Positions 44,190 to 54,087 of a DNA stretch of 64,000 bases are shown here, in pieces. The notes under the pieces are model-generated. The model was not told the origin of the DNA. It did no database searches and was given only the letters and a program-made list of their open reading frames with translations. This DNA comes from a virus, in IMG/VR virus record IMGVR_UViG_3300028821_000038, positions 64,001 through 128,000 of that record. One strand, written 5' to 3'. Made by a program: the position numbers and the translations under genes. The first letter of the stretch is position 1, and every line of letters begins with the position of its first letter.

Positions 44190-47122
44190 AGCTGACCGAA
44201 ATACTGAAGGATATGTTTAAATCAGATGGAGGAGAAGTCTGGGTTGGTGGTGTGCGAATAGATGGTTTAGTGCTGGACAATACAAAAGACCCTGTTGTTA
44301 TTGCGCCTGTTTCTTCTTATGTTAATCAGATGGGACTTACAATAAAACCGTCCATTAGCTCTGGATATCCAGGTGATATAATCAAGCTATATGCCTCCAG
44401 TGATGTTGATTTCGATACTTATGAGTGGTCTATAGAGTCCGGGGATGCAAGATTTGTAGATGACATCAATATTGGCGAGGTTGTTGGGATAATTTCAGAT
44501 GTTGTAAACAGTGTATCTGTGTCTCTGCGCGCTCAAAAAGATGATGTGGTAGACGAGGTTAATTGTATTGTGGATTATGTTACCGGTTTTTTTAGCGAAA
44601 ACACAGCAATTGTCGGGCCGTCCTTGATAGACTATACAGATCCGGTAAGGTATGAAATATCAAGCACAGTGGAGCCAGACAGTGTGTCTTGGGAAATTAT
44701 AGGAGGTGGTACAATAGATGTCGATACCGATCCAAAGATTGCTTTTGTGACCGCAGATGACTCTGGAGATGATATTCTCCTAAAAGCCACTCTATCTAAA
44801 GCATATTACAACGATATTGCCGTAAGTAAGGGTGTGAGTGTGGATAAATGTGGGCTTGCATCTGGGACTGTAGAGCGTCCTGCTATCTTGTATCCAGAAG
44901 ACTGGTCGTATGAAAAACAGTCTAAAATACGGATAAGTCCGTTTCATGGAGTCAGTGCACCGGGCGGCACCAACTTTCAAATTACCCCAGTAGAAGTAAA
45001 TGACTGGCTTAATCCAATATATGATGAAACGCTAGATTTTACTAAAGAAATACCAATCTCTATGGAATGGTTCGTTGAGGATTACTCGAATTACTATGTA
45101 AGAGTTCAATATATTGATGACCAGGGGAAAAGATCTGAATGGAGTGATCCTGTAGTTATTTTTGTAAATACTTGGAGTTGTACTGCTACGGTTCATATAC
45201 CAGATATATTCAACGATGGAAGTTGTATCTTATCATACACCTTAATGCATGATGCACATGACACCGGAAATAAATATCATGGATATTGGTATGGTGGTGA
45301 GAAGTATGAAAACTCTCCTCTTATTTATGGCGCCAGATTCGATACCGGAAACTATATTTTATCAGACTATGATTTTTCGGGGAACTATACTGTGTCTTTT
45401 TATGTGAAGTTATACAGTTTCAACGATCAATGGGTGACATTATTTAGAAACGATAATCATCAAGCTGCACTAAAGAATGGTAATTGGGCGCTATGGTGTC
45501 ATGATGGAAGCCCTTCTGATACTGTTGATTCCGGAGTGTCTGCCGAATTAAATAGGTGGTATCATGTTGTCTATTCTGTTTGGGGTAATGTAGTCAAAAT
45601 ATATATTGACGGAGAGTTGGTTTTGGATGAGACAACTAATAATTTCTCCGATAAAGCCACTGGAGATCTAATTTTAGGATATTGGGATAATGGCTCTCCA
45701 ACTCAAAATCTTAATGGTGTAATGAATAATTTCAGGGTATTCAGGAAGCAATTATCCGATGATGAGATAGTTAAATTGTCAAATGAAACATTTCCCCTAG
45801 TTGCGGACAGGGCGGATTTGTTTTTGGATGATTCCGCCGTAGTATTGCTGGGATTTGATGGGAACTTGAATGATGCAACCGGTATCTATAATGGGGTGTG
45901 GAATGGAACCGGAAGTTATGATTATGGGAAGATTGTATCTGGCGCTAATTTCGACGGAAGTAATTCTATAGATATAAGTGTAAATATGGATATTACTGCT
46001 AAGACGATTACTTTTTTTATGAAAAAGACCTCATCTGGAGATGCCATAATATTATGTTCCGATTCCAGTGAGGAGTATATTATAGTTACTGGTGATAGCA
46101 ATAATTACGGCAGTGTTCCCAAGTCATCTATTGCATATGTTACAGAAAACTCATCCTCAAAAGCCTTCTACTGTTCATACACAAGGGATTCTGGCAAATT
46201 TATATTTGTAGCATTTGTGATATCTGATAACACAGATGAATGCGAATTGTATTTTGATGGGATTAAGCAGAGCGCCACAAATAATATAGCCAATCTGCAA
46301 CAGGTAGAGTTTGTAAAAATAGGGGCCAACCAAGACAATTCATATAAATTTCAAGGTGTTTTAGATCAGCTAAGAATTTTTAACAGGGCACTTACAAATG
46401 AGGAAATTCAGTGTTTGTATTACGAGAAACCAGGACTTGAATTTGCACAAAACCCTGATCCGTTCTATGATAATTCAGGGGTTGTGCTATATATGTTTGA
46501 GGATAATGCCAATGATGAGTTTGGGCTACATGATGGGGTGTGGTCAGGAACTGAGCAGTATGAAGATGGGGTGGTAGCAGATGGGAGAGCGGCGTATTTT
46601 GATGGTGGTAGTGCTATCGGTATAGGAAATTCAGAGGAGCTGATACCTGGAGGCACATCATTTACTATATCTTTTTGGGTAAAAATAAATAGTCTCAATG
46701 GTAACGATGATAGGATAATTGGTACAGAGTATTATAACGGCGGTTTTACGGTTAGTAGTGGATACGATGGTGATAATTTTACATTTTCCATTGATTCGGA
46801 TGGGACCTGGGTGCACACTACATTCGGAACAGATTTTATCTCTAGCAATTTTGTAAATGCCGTTGCAATATATGATTCAACTACTGAAACTCTAAAAACA
46901 TATGTAAATGGGGTAGAGATAGCATCAAATTCTGTTTCTAATGCATGGCACTATTCCAGAAGCGATGGTTGTTTTTATATTGGGGGAGATGCAAAAAATA
47001 ACTCTTCATGTACAGATCCTGAGAATACTATTAGCGGCTATGTGGATAATTTCAGGATACTGAATAGAGCCTTGAGCGATGAAGAAGTTCTTGAGATATA
47101 CAACAATGAAAAACCTCAGTAA
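44186..47122 (+). CDS. tail/receptor-binding protein with three LamG/ConA-like domains
   Basis: FTISFWVK, WYHVV, KIYIDG, GVLDQLRIFNRALTNEEI repeated three times. Confidence 0.85.
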   Translation: MKLTEILKDMFKSDGGEVWVGGVRIDGLVLDNTKDPVVIAPVSSYVNQMGLTIKPSISSGYPGDIIKLYASSDVDFDTYEWSIESGDARFVDDINIGEVVGIISDVVNSVSVSLRAQKDDVVDEVNCIVDYVTGFFSENTAIVGPSLIDYTDPVRYEISSTVEPDSVSWEIIGGGTIDVDTDPKIAFVTADDSGDDILLKATLSKAYYNDIAVSKGVSVDKCGLASGTVERPAILYPEDWSYEKQSKIRISPFHGVSAPGGTNFQITPVEVNDWLNPIYDETLDFTKEIPISMEWFVEDYSNYYVRVQYIDDQGKRSEWSDPVVIFVNTWSCTATVHIPDIFNDGSCILSYTLMHDAHDTGNKYHGYWYGGEKYENSPLIYGARFDTGNYILSDYDFSGNYTVSFYVKLYSFNDQWVTLFRNDNHQAALKNGNWALWCHDGSPSDTVDSGVSAELNRWYHVVYSVWGNVVKIYIDGELVLDETTNNFSDKATGDLILGYWDNGSPTQNLNGVMNNFRVFRKQLSDDEIVKLSNETFPLVADRADLFLDDSAVVLLGFDGNLNDATGIYNGVWNGTGSYDYGKIVSGANFDGSNSIDISVNMDITAKTITFFMKKTSSGDAIILCSDSSEEYIIVTGDSNNYGSVPKSSIAYVTENSSSKAFYCSYTRDSGKFIFVAFVISDNTDECELYFDGIKQSATNNIANLQQVEFVKIGANQDNSYKFQGVLDQLRIFNRALTNEEIQCLYYEKPGLEFAQNPDPFYDNSGVVLYMFEDNANDEFGLHDGVWSGTEQYEDGVVADGRAAYFDGGSAIGIGNSEELIPGGTSFTISFWVKINSLNGNDDRIIGTEYYNGGFTVSSGYDGDNFTFSIDSDGTWVHTTFGTDFISSNFVNAVAIYDSTTETLKTYVNGVEIASNSVSNAWHYSRSDGCFYIGGDAKNNSSCTDPENTISGYVDNFRILNRALSDEEVLEIYNNEKPQ

Positions 47123-47171
47123 GGTTCAGTATTTCGATACAATATGGTATTAATTTTCTGAAAGGCTGCTT

Positions 47172-47447
47172 ATGGATTATGAGAAGTTGTATATGGCGAT
47201 ATTGGCGCTTGTAATCATTATTGCCACTTTTTATCTTGGAGATAGGCTTTTGACTAGTACTATCCCCCTGGAAAACAGAGATATTCTAAATGTTGCTCTG
47301 GGTATGATTCTTGGTTTAAGTGGAACTGTTGTTGGATACTACTTTGGAAGTTCTAAAAGCAGTAGCGACAAACAGAAGATAATCAAATATAAAGAAGAGA
47401 TAAAAAAACCTAAAAAGATGGAAAAAACAGATGCCAGCGAAACTTGA
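47172..47447 (+). CDS. holin-like two-TM protein
   Basis: Two hydrophobic helices, VVGYYFGSSKSSSDK, basic tail. Confidence 0.65.
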   Translation: MDYEKLYMAILALVIIIATFYLGDRLLTSTIPLENRDILNVALGMILGLSGTVVGYYFGSSKSSSDKQKIIKYKEEIKKPKKMEKTDASET

Positions 47448-47790
47448 AAGGAAGAGTGAATCTTCAGCATGGGCTATATGTAGGTCTTCACTGGGGCTTA
47501 CAAAGACAGCTTTGGCGCCCGGTGGTCCTATATACAACAACCTTCAAAGGAAGGCTGCAGCAATAGAATGGCAGCACTGGCCATCCCCAAGGGATACTTT
47601 TATTAATGATGATAATGTGCATAGCATGTTTCAGGCCGAGAAGGTGTTTAGTGCAAGGGAAGCAAAGCTAAAAAGAATAAGGGCTGATTTGGCCAGACTG
47701 AATCTTAGAACCCATCCTGGTGCAAAAAAGAAGGTTGCATCAGGGTTGGGCAGTATGTTCACAAAAGCAATGAAGATGTTTACAAGGTAG
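47431..47790 (+). CDS. basic protein with LTKTA motif
   Basis: SAWAICRSSLGLTKTA. Confidence 0.55.
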   Translation: MPAKLERKSESSAWAICRSSLGLTKTALAPGGPIYNNLQRKAAAIEWQHWPSPRDTFINDDNVHSMFQAEKVFSAREAKLKRIRADLARLNLRTHPGAKKKVASGLGSMFTKAMKMFTR

Positions 47791-47794
47791 GGTT

Positions 47795-48361
47795 ATGTGG
47801 AAAGAAGTTAGTGGTTTCCAGGAATATGAAGTCCACCCAAAACATGGAGTTAGGCGAAAGGGTAAAGATAAAACACTGAAGCCTAGAACATGGCTTGGAT
47901 ACCCAAAAGTCACTCTTATGAGAGATGGCAGAAAGCATGAAGTTAGGGTTCATAGGCTAATTGCAGAACATTTTATTGAGAACCCCAACAATCTTCCTAT
48001 AGTTAACCATAAAGACTCCAATAGGTCAAATTACAATGTGGATAACCTTGAATGGGTTGACAATAGCGGAAATCAATTACATAGATGGCATACTAAAAAG
48101 CAAGGATTAAAGAAGATAAAATACAGACCAGAGTATGGACTTGCTAAGGTTGCTTATCGAGCTCAAGATGCAGGATACGGACCAAATAAAGAGTCTGAAA
48201 AAAAGTGTAAAGGATTATCCAGAGTAGAGAAAATTGGTCTTGGTGCGGCCATTGGAGGTGGATTGTCATACTTGGCATCAAAAAAATTCAAACTTGTGTC
48301 ATCTCCTATGGAGCATGTGGCTGCTGGCGGTATTGGTGCATTACTTGGCGCTCAGGCTTAG
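47795..48361 (+). CDS. NUMOD4/HNH endonuclease fused to Gly-rich LAKVA module
   Basis: WKEVSGFQEYEV, VHRLIAEHFIENPNNLPIVNHKDSNRSNYNVDNLEW; C-terminal YGLAKVA + glycine zipper. Confidence 0.85.
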   Translation: MWKEVSGFQEYEVHPKHGVRRKGKDKTLKPRTWLGYPKVTLMRDGRKHEVRVHRLIAEHFIENPNNLPIVNHKDSNRSNYNVDNLEWVDNSGNQLHRWHTKKQGLKKIKYRPEYGLAKVAYRAQDAGYGPNKESEKKCKGLSRVEKIGLGAAIGGGLSYLASKKFKLVSSPMEHVAAGGIGALLGAQA

Positions 48362-48465
48362 GTATAGTTGATACCTTGGCTTGTAATATTATGTATTTTT
48401 TTATATTCCTAAAAAAAGGATAAAATATATTTAGAATATGACTATCAAAAATGCAAGGAGCAAAA

Positions 48466-48723
48466 ATGAGATATGGATTAGGCAAATTAGCTGAGGAAAT
48501 GGAAAATGAGGGGCTTGGACTTGGACAACCCGGGCGAGCCGATATAAAACATTCTGCAGGTGCGGCTATTGGCGGTATTTCCAGTTATGGGCTAATGAGG
48601 AAACTTAACTTTGGAAGGCTCCCCAGTGCATTGGCCGGTATTGCTGGTGGTGTAGGTGGCGCCATAGGTGTTGACAAACTTCAACAGTACAAAAACAGAA
48701 AATTATCAAATAGATTTCAATAG
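48466..48723 (+). CDS. glycine-zipper protein with LGKLA motif
   Basis: MRYGLGKLAEE; AAGGAG RBS. Confidence 0.6.
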   Translation: MRYGLGKLAEEMENEGLGLGQPGRADIKHSAGAAIGGISSYGLMRKLNFGRLPSALAGIAGGVGGAIGVDKLQQYKNRKLSNRFQ

Positions 48724-48735
48724 GAAGGATTTGTA

Positions 48736-49029
48736 ATGGTATCCAGCCGTAAACTTACAAAAAAAGAGCTGATGATAAAAAATAGAGTTAGAGATATAGC
48801 AAGCAGAAAGGGGCTCCTGTACAAGGAAACCCTGATGAAAAAAGCTGCTCCTTTTACATATCTCGGAGGTGCTGCGAAGGGTGCAGTCAGAAACACCACT
48901 AAAAAAGGTGGCGTGCATCTTGGTAATGCATATGCAAAGTCTTCAAAACCTGATAGAATATCATGGGGAAGAGTCGCGACAGGTGTTGGTCTCGGTGGAC
49001 TTGGAGTCGGTATGTATACACTTAGATAA
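48736..49029 (+). CDS. basic Gly-rich protein with LMKKA motif
   Basis: C-terminal GVGLGGLGVG. Confidence 0.55.
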   Translation: MVSSRKLTKKELMIKNRVRDIASRKGLLYKETLMKKAAPFTYLGGAAKGAVRNTTKKGGVHLGNAYAKSSKPDRISWGRVATGVGLGGLGVGMYTLR

Positions 49030-49036
49030 GGATGAG

Positions 49037-49282
49037 ATGATGAATAAAATGAAAAAATATATGCTGGAAAAGATTGTTGCATGGTTGGTGGGAGGATCGT
49101 TGTTTGAAGATATAAAACAAGTTGTTGTCACCTTAATGAATAGCGAGATGCCTGGAGAGAGAAAGAGAGAGATTGCTCTTAGAAGAATCAAGGCTATGGC
49201 GGCGGATTCTGCTACTTTTATGCTTAATTTGGCTATAGAGGCAGCGGTTGTGGTACTGAAGCAGGAGAGCAATAAGTCATGA
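49037..49282 (+). CDS. small lysis-region protein
   Basis: Start after AAGGA; precedes spanin pair. Confidence 0.5.
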   Translation: MMNKMKKYMLEKIVAWLVGGSLFEDIKQVVVTLMNSEMPGERKREIALRRIKAMAADSATFMLNLAIEAAVVVLKQESNKS

Positions 49283-49548
49283 ATATAGCTTCATTGATAT
49301 ACGCGGCAATAAACTTTGCATCTAAATTGTTCACATCGAACAAGGCAGCCAGAATAATCAAGCAGCAACAAGAGATAGCTGAGCTCACTGCAATGCTTGC
49401 GGATTGCAAAAGTGCCCTCCGTAAACAAAAAGAAGAGATGGAGAGGGATATGAAGCTTGCCGAGATTCGGTGTAAAAGCAAAATATCAGAGCTGAAAGAC
49501 AATGCCGATAATGAAGTTGTAGTTGGTGGAAGGAGTATAAGCGGATGA
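49279..49548 (+). CDS. i-spanin (Rz-like) candidate
   Basis: N-terminal hydrophobic helix + coiled coil, overlaps lipoprotein gene. Confidence 0.55.
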   Translation: MNIASLIYAAINFASKLFTSNKAARIIKQQQEIAELTAMLADCKSALRKQKEEMERDMKLAEIRCKSKISELKDNADNEVVVGGRSISG

Positions 49549-49808
49549 AGAGCATTCTTATTACAGGTGTGGTTCTTCTTTTTCTGGGTGGCTGCGCTAG
49601 CACTCAGCCTCGGAATATAGTTGTAGATTGCCCTAAGAAAGTATGCAATTGCAAGTGCCCTACATTTGACAGAAAGCTTCATATTCAAATAGCTGATTAT
49701 GACGAGAAATATGGGCTTATATCATGGGAGGATGTAGGCAAGATTGAAAAATTCCTTAAAGCCAAGCACGAATTTAATGTGGGAGTGATGAGGCTTAACG
49801 GAAAATAA
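49545..49808 (+). CDS. o-spanin (Rz1-like) lipoprotein candidate
   Basis: Signal peptide with lipobox FLGG-C. Confidence 0.65.
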   Translation: MKSILITGVVLLFLGGCASTQPRNIVVDCPKKVCNCKCPTFDRKLHIQIADYDEKYGLISWEDVGKIEKFLKAKHEFNVGVMRLNGK

Positions 49809-49816
49809 GGACTAAT

Positions 49817-50230
49817 ATGGTTGACCTAAACGATATTCATATTGTTGAAAGGATTCTCGATGCTACAGGCATTACCCAGAGAGAGCTTATAGTAATTATT
49901 CTACTGCTTATACTGGGCGCTATCGGATATGTCTCTATGCTTATGTATAGGTTCAAGCATGATTGCAAAAGTGTGTCGTGTGGAGACATTAAAAAAATAC
50001 GAGAATTGTCCACAGAGATGCAGAATGTAATAGATGAGATTTCCGAAGATGTTAGAATTGGCAGAGTTGAGAATAGAGAGTATATGGGAAATTTATCTAA
50101 AAACATAGAGAAGCTCGAGGATGATATAGAGGATTTGAAAAAGAAGTCGTATGAATTGAGCGGCGTAATCTTTACTACAACAGCATATGCTGGTGTTGAT
50201 AGAAAAAGGATACAGCATCATGAAACTTGA
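49817..50230 (+). CDS. single-TM coiled-coil protein
   Basis: LIVIILLLILGAIGYVSML followed by heptads. Confidence 0.6.
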   Translation: MVDLNDIHIVERILDATGITQRELIVIILLLILGAIGYVSMLMYRFKHDCKSVSCGDIKKIRELSTEMQNVIDEISEDVRIGRVENREYMGNLSKNIEKLEDDIEDLKKKSYELSGVIFTTTAYAGVDRKRIQHHET

Positions 50231-50942
50231 ATACAGACCATACTCTGAGAATAATATATTATTTAGGATTAGTTCTACTAAGGCGCTGGAAAGGTTTAAG
50301 GCACAACAGTTTTTTGTTTTATCCGAAATAAACAGTGGTTCATATAAATTTTCAAAAACCTCAAGAGAACTTGCGATACTTTTTACGGATGTTATGTTTG
50401 GGTGGCTATTATCAGTTGAGCACTACTTAATAAGAAGTGATTCGAGTGTGTTTATTGAAGAACATAAGAATACTATACTAGATAAGCTTAAGGAGTCTAT
50501 CTTGTATATAAATAATATAGTATCAGAGAATAAGGATATATTTGATAATCGTGAATCGCGCATTGTTATAGATAATGTTTCTTTGAGGCATGAGTATGTG
50601 GAGAGATTCTTTAAAGAATTGGTTGGTGAATATATTGCAGATGCTTTTTCTGCAATAGCTGCAATACTTACCGAGAGTATAGATAGCTTCCGATTTGAGC
50701 TTTATGAGGTTGACTATTTGATAAATTGTAAAAAAAATCCATTTATCTGCATTACTGATTTTATGCTGAATATATATACTCAATATAGGTACTGCATAGC
50801 AGTAGATAGAGCATCCCTATATAAAAAAGTATTCAAAGTTGATTCTTTTAAGGTAAAAAATTACTCATCGGCATCTGTGATATCATCTCAGGTTAATTGC
50901 TTGAGAGATAACGGAATCAAGGTGACAAATGTTATGGCATAA
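50220..50942 (+). CDS. hypothetical protein
   Basis: Start 50220 overlapping upstream gene. Confidence 0.6.
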   Translation: MKLEYRPYSENNILFRISSTKALERFKAQQFFVLSEINSGSYKFSKTSRELAILFTDVMFGWLLSVEHYLIRSDSSVFIEEHKNTILDKLKESILYINNIVSENKDIFDNRESRIVIDNVSLRHEYVERFFKELVGEYIADAFSAIAAILTESIDSFRFELYEVDYLINCKKNPFICITDFMLNIYTQYRYCIAVDRASLYKKVFKVDSFKVKNYSSASVISSQVNCLRDNGIKVTNVMA

Positions 50943-51135
50943 AGCAGGATTGGCGCTTATAAAACTATCCAATGCAAAACATAGGGGCCCATTTTATTAT
51001 ATAAATAGAAACAAAAGGCTTGGCCGTAGGCCAAAAATGATGAGTGCCAAAGATTATGCAAAATTTAAGGTTACGCTCAGGATAGCTAGACAGCGTGCAA
51101 AAACAAGGTCAAGAGGAAGAAGGCAAATGAGATGA
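50929..51135 (+). CDS. very basic small protein with LIKLS motif
   Basis: Arg/Lys-rich after GLALIKLS. Confidence 0.5.
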   Translation: MLWHKAGLALIKLSNAKHRGPFYYINRNKRLGRRPKMMSAKDYAKFKVTLRIARQRAKTRSRGRRQMR

Positions 51136-52784
51136 ACCTTGACTGGGGTTTTTACTATGATTCATGGCTAATAGATAAAATACCGGATGTTGTAAATATT
51201 AAAGTAGAAGAGCATCCAGAGGGAATAGTGTTCAATCCTCCAGAGTTGGAGTTCTACTTTGGGGCAAATCCCATATACCTATACGGTGAAGGTAAATTAT
51301 TTCACGAGGTATTATTTTGCCCTGATGGGATAGTGTTCTACCCCAGTTTTCTGGGGAGACCCGGATTTGAGTTCGTTGATGAGATCTCATTTAGCATCGA
51401 TTTCAAAGAAGATGAGCATTTTGATGGTACCCCGACTGTTTCTCACCATATAGGCTATATAGATGCTACGAGATATATTCAATTAATAATGAATAAGCTA
51501 TATGGGGTTGGTAACAATGAATATGTCAAGGTTAAAACTCCCTCTACCAGATTGAGATATGTCACCAACACTGATATTACTCTACAAGATGCCAGTTGGC
51601 GAAGCGAAGCCGTGTTTTACGATGCATCTGATATGGCTCAGAATGGTTGTAAGTTTTATACCACGATGTCTGTTGACGAGGGCGATATTGGGATACGAAA
51701 CGAGATAAATGGAGCTATGCACGAGGTGGTTTCGCCTGGGGCTATAGTCTTAAAAAAAGGCTTGTTCTACTCAGATGTGCTTTTGAAATACTCGTATATC
51801 GAGGCGCCCAGTGAAATAGTAGGGCTGGTTGGGTCAGATAGATTCTATATGATGTTTACTACTCTTCCTGAGTTTAGATTTGGAACTCTCTTTGATTTTG
51901 GCTCTACAAACAATGCTACTGGGCCAAATTATGGATTTAGACTTGATATCAATGGTAGCTATGCAACGCTGTATCTAAATGATGGGAATTTACATATATT
52001 TGATATTCCGTACGATGATGTGGATTTTAATTTCTCCCACAGGTGGCTTATTGGGCGAGGAGACGGAGGGCTCGTTGTGTCTATAGATGGAAGGACATAT
52101 CTGAGTGCTGACATCTCGGATGTGGGTAATGTTTTATATAACCCATCTTTTAAGAATTATATTTCACTAATACATTCCGCGCCTGATGCGTCTGTACAGA
52201 CTGGGGATATTGAAGAGCTTGCTATATTTAACAATATGCCTGATGAAGAACAATATGATCTATCATCGTTCTATAACGGAACTTTGCCGATGTTGAAGAA
52301 GGGTGGAGTTGATGAGGCTATTTTAGATAATACACCGGTAATGCTCTCGTACAGTCTTACATATGACAAGCCTACCTATTTCTTCATCCCCAACTTCTTT
52401 GGAGGGGAGTTTGATAAGTTTTTCATAGTGAACGAGGCCGGAGAAGTGAAGGTTATCACCGATGGCAAGGCGCTTGGTGACTACTATATAACGGATATGA
52501 TTCCAATAAAAGATAAAAGCCTGAAGGTGCCGATTGGATACCAGGTGTATCAGGTTACAACTAAAAATCAGGAGCCGTTGTTTTTTGAGGATATACCCAC
52601 CAAAATACCAGCAATAACCAAGCTGACTTCCGATACACATATTCCTATTAGAGGAAAAATAAAATTCAAGTTACCGTTCTTCTATAATATTCCCACCACA
52701 TATAATATGTCGCTAAATATGAAGGCGTTGTCCAAATTTATTGTGTATTCGTTTAAAAAATATAAAACGGAAGAGCACATTTGA
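51132..52784 (+). CDS. tail protein with LamG-like domain
   Basis: WGFYYDSWL N-motif; GDIEELAIFN. Confidence 0.6.
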   Translation: MNLDWGFYYDSWLIDKIPDVVNIKVEEHPEGIVFNPPELEFYFGANPIYLYGEGKLFHEVLFCPDGIVFYPSFLGRPGFEFVDEISFSIDFKEDEHFDGTPTVSHHIGYIDATRYIQLIMNKLYGVGNNEYVKVKTPSTRLRYVTNTDITLQDASWRSEAVFYDASDMAQNGCKFYTTMSVDEGDIGIRNEINGAMHEVVSPGAIVLKKGLFYSDVLLKYSYIEAPSEIVGLVGSDRFYMMFTTLPEFRFGTLFDFGSTNNATGPNYGFRLDINGSYATLYLNDGNLHIFDIPYDDVDFNFSHRWLIGRGDGGLVVSIDGRTYLSADISDVGNVLYNPSFKNYISLIHSAPDASVQTGDIEELAIFNNMPDEEQYDLSSFYNGTLPMLKKGGVDEAILDNTPVMLSYSLTYDKPTYFFIPNFFGGEFDKFFIVNEAGEVKVITDGKALGDYYITDMIPIKDKSLKVPIGYQVYQVTTKNQEPLFFEDIPTKIPAITKLTSDTHIPIRGKIKFKLPFFYNIPTTYNMSLNMKALSKFIVYSFKKYKTEEHI

Positions 52785-52821
52785 TATACTTCTAGTATAA
52801 CTTTACCGAAAAAGGATTATC

Positions 52822-53070
52822 ATGAAGAATCTTGTACTTTTAGGACTTATAGCCTTTAGTGCCCTATATGCAAGGCAATATGCGGTTGGAAAAGCAAATA
52901 TATGCAAGCCCGCAAGGGGATATTTTGATTTCAATCTATCAGATAACACAATACCGAAGAATTTTTTATGTGTAAATAATCAATGGTTCTTGTATCGTCC
53001 TAATGGAGGATTTGTACCAACTGGAGCGGGGTGTGCGTGTGTAGACAAGAGGCCAAATAACAGAAAATAA
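52822..53070 (+). CDS. small exported four-Cys protein
   Basis: Signal peptide MKNLVLLGLIAFSALYA; own TGATATACT -10 at 52782. Confidence 0.65.
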   Translation: MKNLVLLGLIAFSALYARQYAVGKANICKPARGYFDFNLSDNTIPKNFLCVNNQWFLYRPNGGFVPTGAGCACVDKRPNNRK

Positions 53071-53087
53071 CAATTAAAAGGAATAAG

Positions 53088-53930
53088 ATGGAATCATTAG
53101 GTTTTAAGTTGTTTAAAGACCCTGATCTAATATTCCCGTTGGTTGCGGGTGATTTAAAGATTGCACTAAATGCCATCTCCCAGAGAGAGCAGATGGTTAC
53201 GGTATATTTTGGAGCATGGGATTCATATGACGCAAGTACTAAATCATACAAAAGAACCAAAGTGACTCTTGGGGAGAATGACACCCTACTTTGGACACTT
53301 GTGCGACTTGTGGACGATGGTACTGGAAACACAGTAGAAGAGCAGGCTGTGGAATTTGTAGGAAGTGTTGCCGTTACCGCACCTGATGAGGATAATATAA
53401 TAGAACTAAACCCCAATAATCCAGTGGCTAACTTTTATTACAAAGACAGCTCTGATTACAAGGTTACAACTGTAGATGAGCATACCTTGTGGTGCAACTT
53501 CAATATTGGTGAATATAAATTTGGATGGTCAACATCCACCAATGAAGCGGCTGGTGGTTTTAGATTGGCAAAAAGAGATCCAAACGACCCAGCCAATGAA
53601 ATCATTATGACTAGAGAAATGAGATATGGAAATGGCATTGACCATCCTGATAGGTATACTACTTTCAGCCATGGTGATGACTTGCCTACAGACGGATGGT
53701 ATGTTAAAGATTTCTGGGCATATACATATCCCAATGGAGATAATGATGATGTGCAGGAAAACGATATTATTCCTCGCCTCAGAACCCTGCAATCCGGCGT
53801 GGCAAATGCGATAAGAATAGATATCCTGTTTAGGATTCCAGATGGATATACTGGTACCGGCCAAGATTTCAGTTTTAGACTGAAAGTATTTGGCTTGAAA
53901 AATGTACTTGTAGAGACAGTGGAGCTGTAA
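53088..53930 (+). CDS. tail protein (GFxxFxDxxL family)
   Basis: LGFKLFKDPDL...LQSGVANAIRI. Confidence 0.6.
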   Translation: MESLGFKLFKDPDLIFPLVAGDLKIALNAISQREQMVTVYFGAWDSYDASTKSYKRTKVTLGENDTLLWTLVRLVDDGTGNTVEEQAVEFVGSVAVTAPDEDNIIELNPNNPVANFYYKDSSDYKVTTVDEHTLWCNFNIGEYKFGWSTSTNEAAGGFRLAKRDPNDPANEIIMTREMRYGNGIDHPDRYTTFSHGDDLPTDGWYVKDFWAYTYPNGDNDDVQENDIIPRLRTLQSGVANAIRIDILFRIPDGYTGTGQDFSFRLKVFGLKNVLVETVEL

Positions 53931-53931
53931 G

Positions 53932-54072
53932 ATGGGTATCTATCAAGAGTTCGGAAGAAGATGGAATAAGGCGCAGATGCTTAAGCGCAGAATGATGCAA
54001 GCCGAGCGGCTCGGCAACACCAAGAGAGTCAGAGGGTTGGCCTCTCAAGGATTGCCCTCAATAAAAGATTAA
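53932..54072 (+). CDS. 46-aa basic ORF
   Basis: MGIYQEFGRRWNKAQMLKRR...; fills gap exactly. Confidence 0.4.
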   Translation: MGIYQEFGRRWNKAQMLKRRMMQAERLGNTKRVRGLASQGLPSIKD

Positions 54073-54087
54073 CCAAGGAGTTAGGAC

